A stretch of DNA of 63,995 nt, filler included, from an uncultured Myxococcia bacterium (lineage in GTDB: Bacteria; CAZTWC01): the NCBI GenBank assembly GCA_964617105.1. It is 14 parts of 14 records of this genome, joined end to end, with 100 filler letters (N's around TTAATTAATTAA, not from the genome) between each part and the next. Parts side by side here need not be neighbours in the genome. Positions count along the whole stretch, not along the records: positions 61,010 to 63,995 come from CAZTWC010000385.1; 13 more parts are not named here. One strand, written 5' to 3'. The notes under the pieces were generated by a model. That model saw nothing but the letters and a program-made list of their open reading frames with translations, searched no databases and had not been told where the DNA came from. Both the position numbers and the translations under genes were made by a program. Shown here one piece after another: positions 61,010 through 63,995 of this stretch. Position 1 is the first letter of the stretch, and the number at the start of each line of letters is the position of its first letter.

Positions 61010-63995
61010 TTGAAGGGGGAGAATTAAGCCGGTTATCAACTACAAATGTGTTGGTGCACCCCTCAGTTCCTTTATCCAGGTCGCTTATTTTAATACAGAT
61101 TTGGGCATTTTCGTAACGCTCAGACCCCAGATCGGTTATACTACTCCAGGAAAATTTCCATAAAATTCCGGAGGTTGATGATGGTAATGATTTGGCCAGG
61201 TTTACTCCGCTCTTCTGAGTGGCCTCCTTCCAGGTACCATCTCCTGTAGTGTATGCCACTTCCCAGTTTACCAAATCATCCTGATTGTCATAGAGTTTGA
61301 AAAAAATATCCACTGTTTCCCGTTGTACGCCCTGAGGTGTTTCAACCGTAACTGTGGGCGGGGTGTTGGCGCGGTTATTAACCCAAAATGGGGAACTAAC
61401 CTGGGGAAGACCATTTGAGGTATCAGAAGGGGTAATCTGGAAAATAACCTGAGAATTGTTGGCTCCCAAATCGTTAAGACTATCCCATTTAAATATATGG
61501 CTCTCTCCGGTTGGAGAGGAACTCAATCCCTTAGTCAGGTTATCACTGGAGGTGGCGGGGAAAAACTGATTACCACCGTCCAAAGAAAACTCCACCTTGA
61601 TTTCCACCGGAGATGACTCCAGGTCTTTTAAAACAAACTCTATCTCAACCAGAAAACGGAGCAGAGAACCAGGTTGTTTTATCTCAACTTGAGGTGGCGT
61701 GTTGGGACGGTTGTCTACCTGAAAAGGGTCGGTTATGCCTGGTGTCCCTTTTTGCAGATCAAATGGAGTCACTCTTACCAGTACCTGCCCCACATAGTTG
61801 GCAGGAAGATCGGCATCAGAACGCCAGATAAATTTGTAATCCTCTCCTTGTGGAGAACTATTTTGGGCCAGTAATACCTGAGAATACGGAGAGGCGGTGG
61901 CAGCCTTAAAACTGCTTCCATTATCAGTTGAATATTCCACCTCTGTCTTAATCTGGTCGCTGTCCAGGTCTATTACTTTATAGAGGATGTCAATATCCCG
62001 GCCTTGAATTGCCTCAGGAGTTTCAACTTCTACCAGAGGTGGACTATTGGGAGTATTGTCCACAACAAATATATTGCTAAGCACCACTTTTCCAGCGCTT
62101 AACGAGTCTGAAGGTATTATCTTAAGCAATACTCCTTCAACCCGTCTGGGTCCCAGGTCTTTCATGGTATCCCACCAATATTGATATTCAATACCATTAT
62201 CTGACGAACTCAATCCCTGAGTGCCATCTCCACCAGTTCCTTTGCTGGTTGGCATAAAACTCAAACCCCTATCCTCAGAATAGTATACGGTGATATCAAC
62301 CGGATCAAAGGCCAAATCTTTTAATTTATAAATTACCTTAACCTGATCCCTCACCAAAGAGGAAACGGGTTCTATAATAACCTGGGGCAAAGTGGCAAAA
62401 TTTGCCAACTCCAGGTCAAAAGGAGCGGTCTGATCCGGCTCTCCTTTATTAGCATCGCTGGGTGTTATCCTGACAATCACTCCTTTATGATCCTGGCGGC
62501 CGATATCACGCAAAGCATTCCATAAAAAATGGTATTGCTCTCCCCTGGCGGTTGTGGGAATATCTTTCAGCGGATCGGGTAGCAATTTAAAGTGTATTTT
62601 ATCTACCCAGACAAAACTGGCACTCTTAAAAGAGGTGCCATCATCCAGGCTGTATTCAACCAAAAGGTTAACTGGATCCGATTCGCGATCTGCCAGCAGA
62701 TAAGGAATATCCACCACTCCATGTAAATCGAGCCATTCTGGAGTAGATATCCTGACCATTGGCGGTGAATTATCAGTGCTGTTGTCCACCATAAAAGGGG
62801 TGGATTTAGCCTCAGGTCCATCATCTTCGTCAGAAGGTTCAATTCTAAAAATAACCATGGGAAACACATTTGTACCCAAATCGGCATCTGTATTCCAAAT
62901 AAATTGATATGATTTTCCTTGTGAAGTGGAGGCTACCTTACCGCTGAAATCATATCCTCCGGCGTTTTGCGTAGCCGGATTAAAACTTAAACCTTTGTCA
63001 GTTGAATATGAAAAGAGTAGGTTTACATCTGAGTTCTCCTGATCTTTTAAGATAAAATTCACCTTTACCGGTCCGCTGTAGATACCCTGCATAGATTCGA
63101 TTTCAACCTCTGGTGGAGTATTCATTGCACTCTGACGATTATCCACCACAAAATCGGCGGAATCACCGGCAACCCCGGTTTCGCTGTCAGAAGGAGTCAC
63201 TCTAATCCGCACCGTCTCTTCCCGTTTGCCTATTATATCCGCATCGGAGATCCAGTTTATCCGGTGAATTTTTCCGGTAAAAGAGGTGGCCAGCCCTTTT
63301 AGATTACCATCCATTGAGGCGGGTTGATACACTTTGCCCTGGTCCAAAGAATATTGCACCAGCAAATCTACCGAATCTTCCTCCGGGTCACTAAGCAGCA
63401 CCTCCAGTTCAACTCTCTCTTTTTGCTCATCCTTTGGAGTGGTAATACTGGCTACTGGTTTACTGTTTTGGGGATTGTCATTTAGTCGATTATCAACGCT
63501 AAAAGACTGTGAATTTACAAATATTTTATTGGTTCCATCGTCTGCTCCAATTCTAAAGATAACTCTATCCTCTTTGACATCGCCTAAATCCCCTTTGCTG
63601 TCCCAAATATAAGTATAATCTTTTCCGGTTAAAGAAGTTTGAGCAGGGTTGGTGGCAAATGGAGTTGCCGGGGATGCAATCAAAAAAATCTTACCTCCAG
63701 CAGAAAATTGAAACTGCAGCGTAACGTTGGCATTTCGATCATCCTGCAGTTTAAACTTGATGGGCACATCTCCCTTGGCTGGGCTGCTTGGTAAAATTAA
63801 AGTTACTTGAGGAGGCAAGTTCCCCTTGGTGTCCACGATAAAGGAGTTGCTGGTTCCGGCTGTTCCTTGACGCTTATCGGATGGAGTTATCCGAAAGAGC
63901 ACCTTTTTATGTAAATCGGCCAACAAATCGCGATGGGCTTGCCAGGTTATCTTATGGGTTATTCCCATAGGTGATGAGGTTAAAGTCTTGATTTT
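61010..63995 (-). CDS. large protein of tandem ~120-aa beta-rich repeats (probable surface/extracellular protein); partial at both ends
   Basis: At least 8 full units of N.PP.V.I..P......V.I.Y.L.D.E.D.V...VEYS.D.G.SF..A...SS..G..Y.F.W....DLG.....V..RITPSD...G....S..F.VD. Confidence 0.85.

Overview
This window is not one continuous locus. It is about 14 short (~4.5-4.7 kb) draft contigs joined by an artificial N-run/TTAATTAATTAA/N-run spacer, so adjacency is only meaningful within a contig. Approximate contigs: 1-4748, 4849-9579, 9680-14367, 14468-19154, 19255-23838, 23939-28520, 28621-33177, 33278-37821, 37922-42459, 42560-47094, 47195-51722, 51823-56317, 56418-60909, 61010-63995. Gene content fits a Gram-negative, probably delta-proteobacterial-type organism (inference). 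Most contigs carry housekeeping genes: yceD-rpmF-fabH-fabG-acpP-fabF, an Opp-type ABC transporter, dGTPase, folK, thrS, crcB, an amgK/murU-like pair, epmA, rnhB, rlmE, rplC and putP. The strongest novelty candidate is contig 4, a two-gene unit with three radical-SAM domains: a cobalamin-binding radical SAM fused to a domain resembling cyanobactin LynF/TruF/PatF prenyltransferases, followed by a tandem double radical-SAM protein. Other points of interest are a family of CTAG-bounded palindromic miniature elements, mostly at TAG stop codons; a possible RAYT-like transposase tail missed by the ORF track; a phage head module opposite a catalytic-domain-less integrase-like protein; an aldolase with a microcompartment encapsulation-like tail; an orphan rplC; a decayed AbiE toxin-antitoxin module between a CHASE2 cyclase and an SH3-M48 gene; an inverted chimeric junction; and a large ~120-aa repeat protein. 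Three frameshifts fall in homopolymer runs and may be sequencing errors. No rRNA, tRNA or CRISPR array was recognised. All family calls are by-eye motif recognition; no searches were run.
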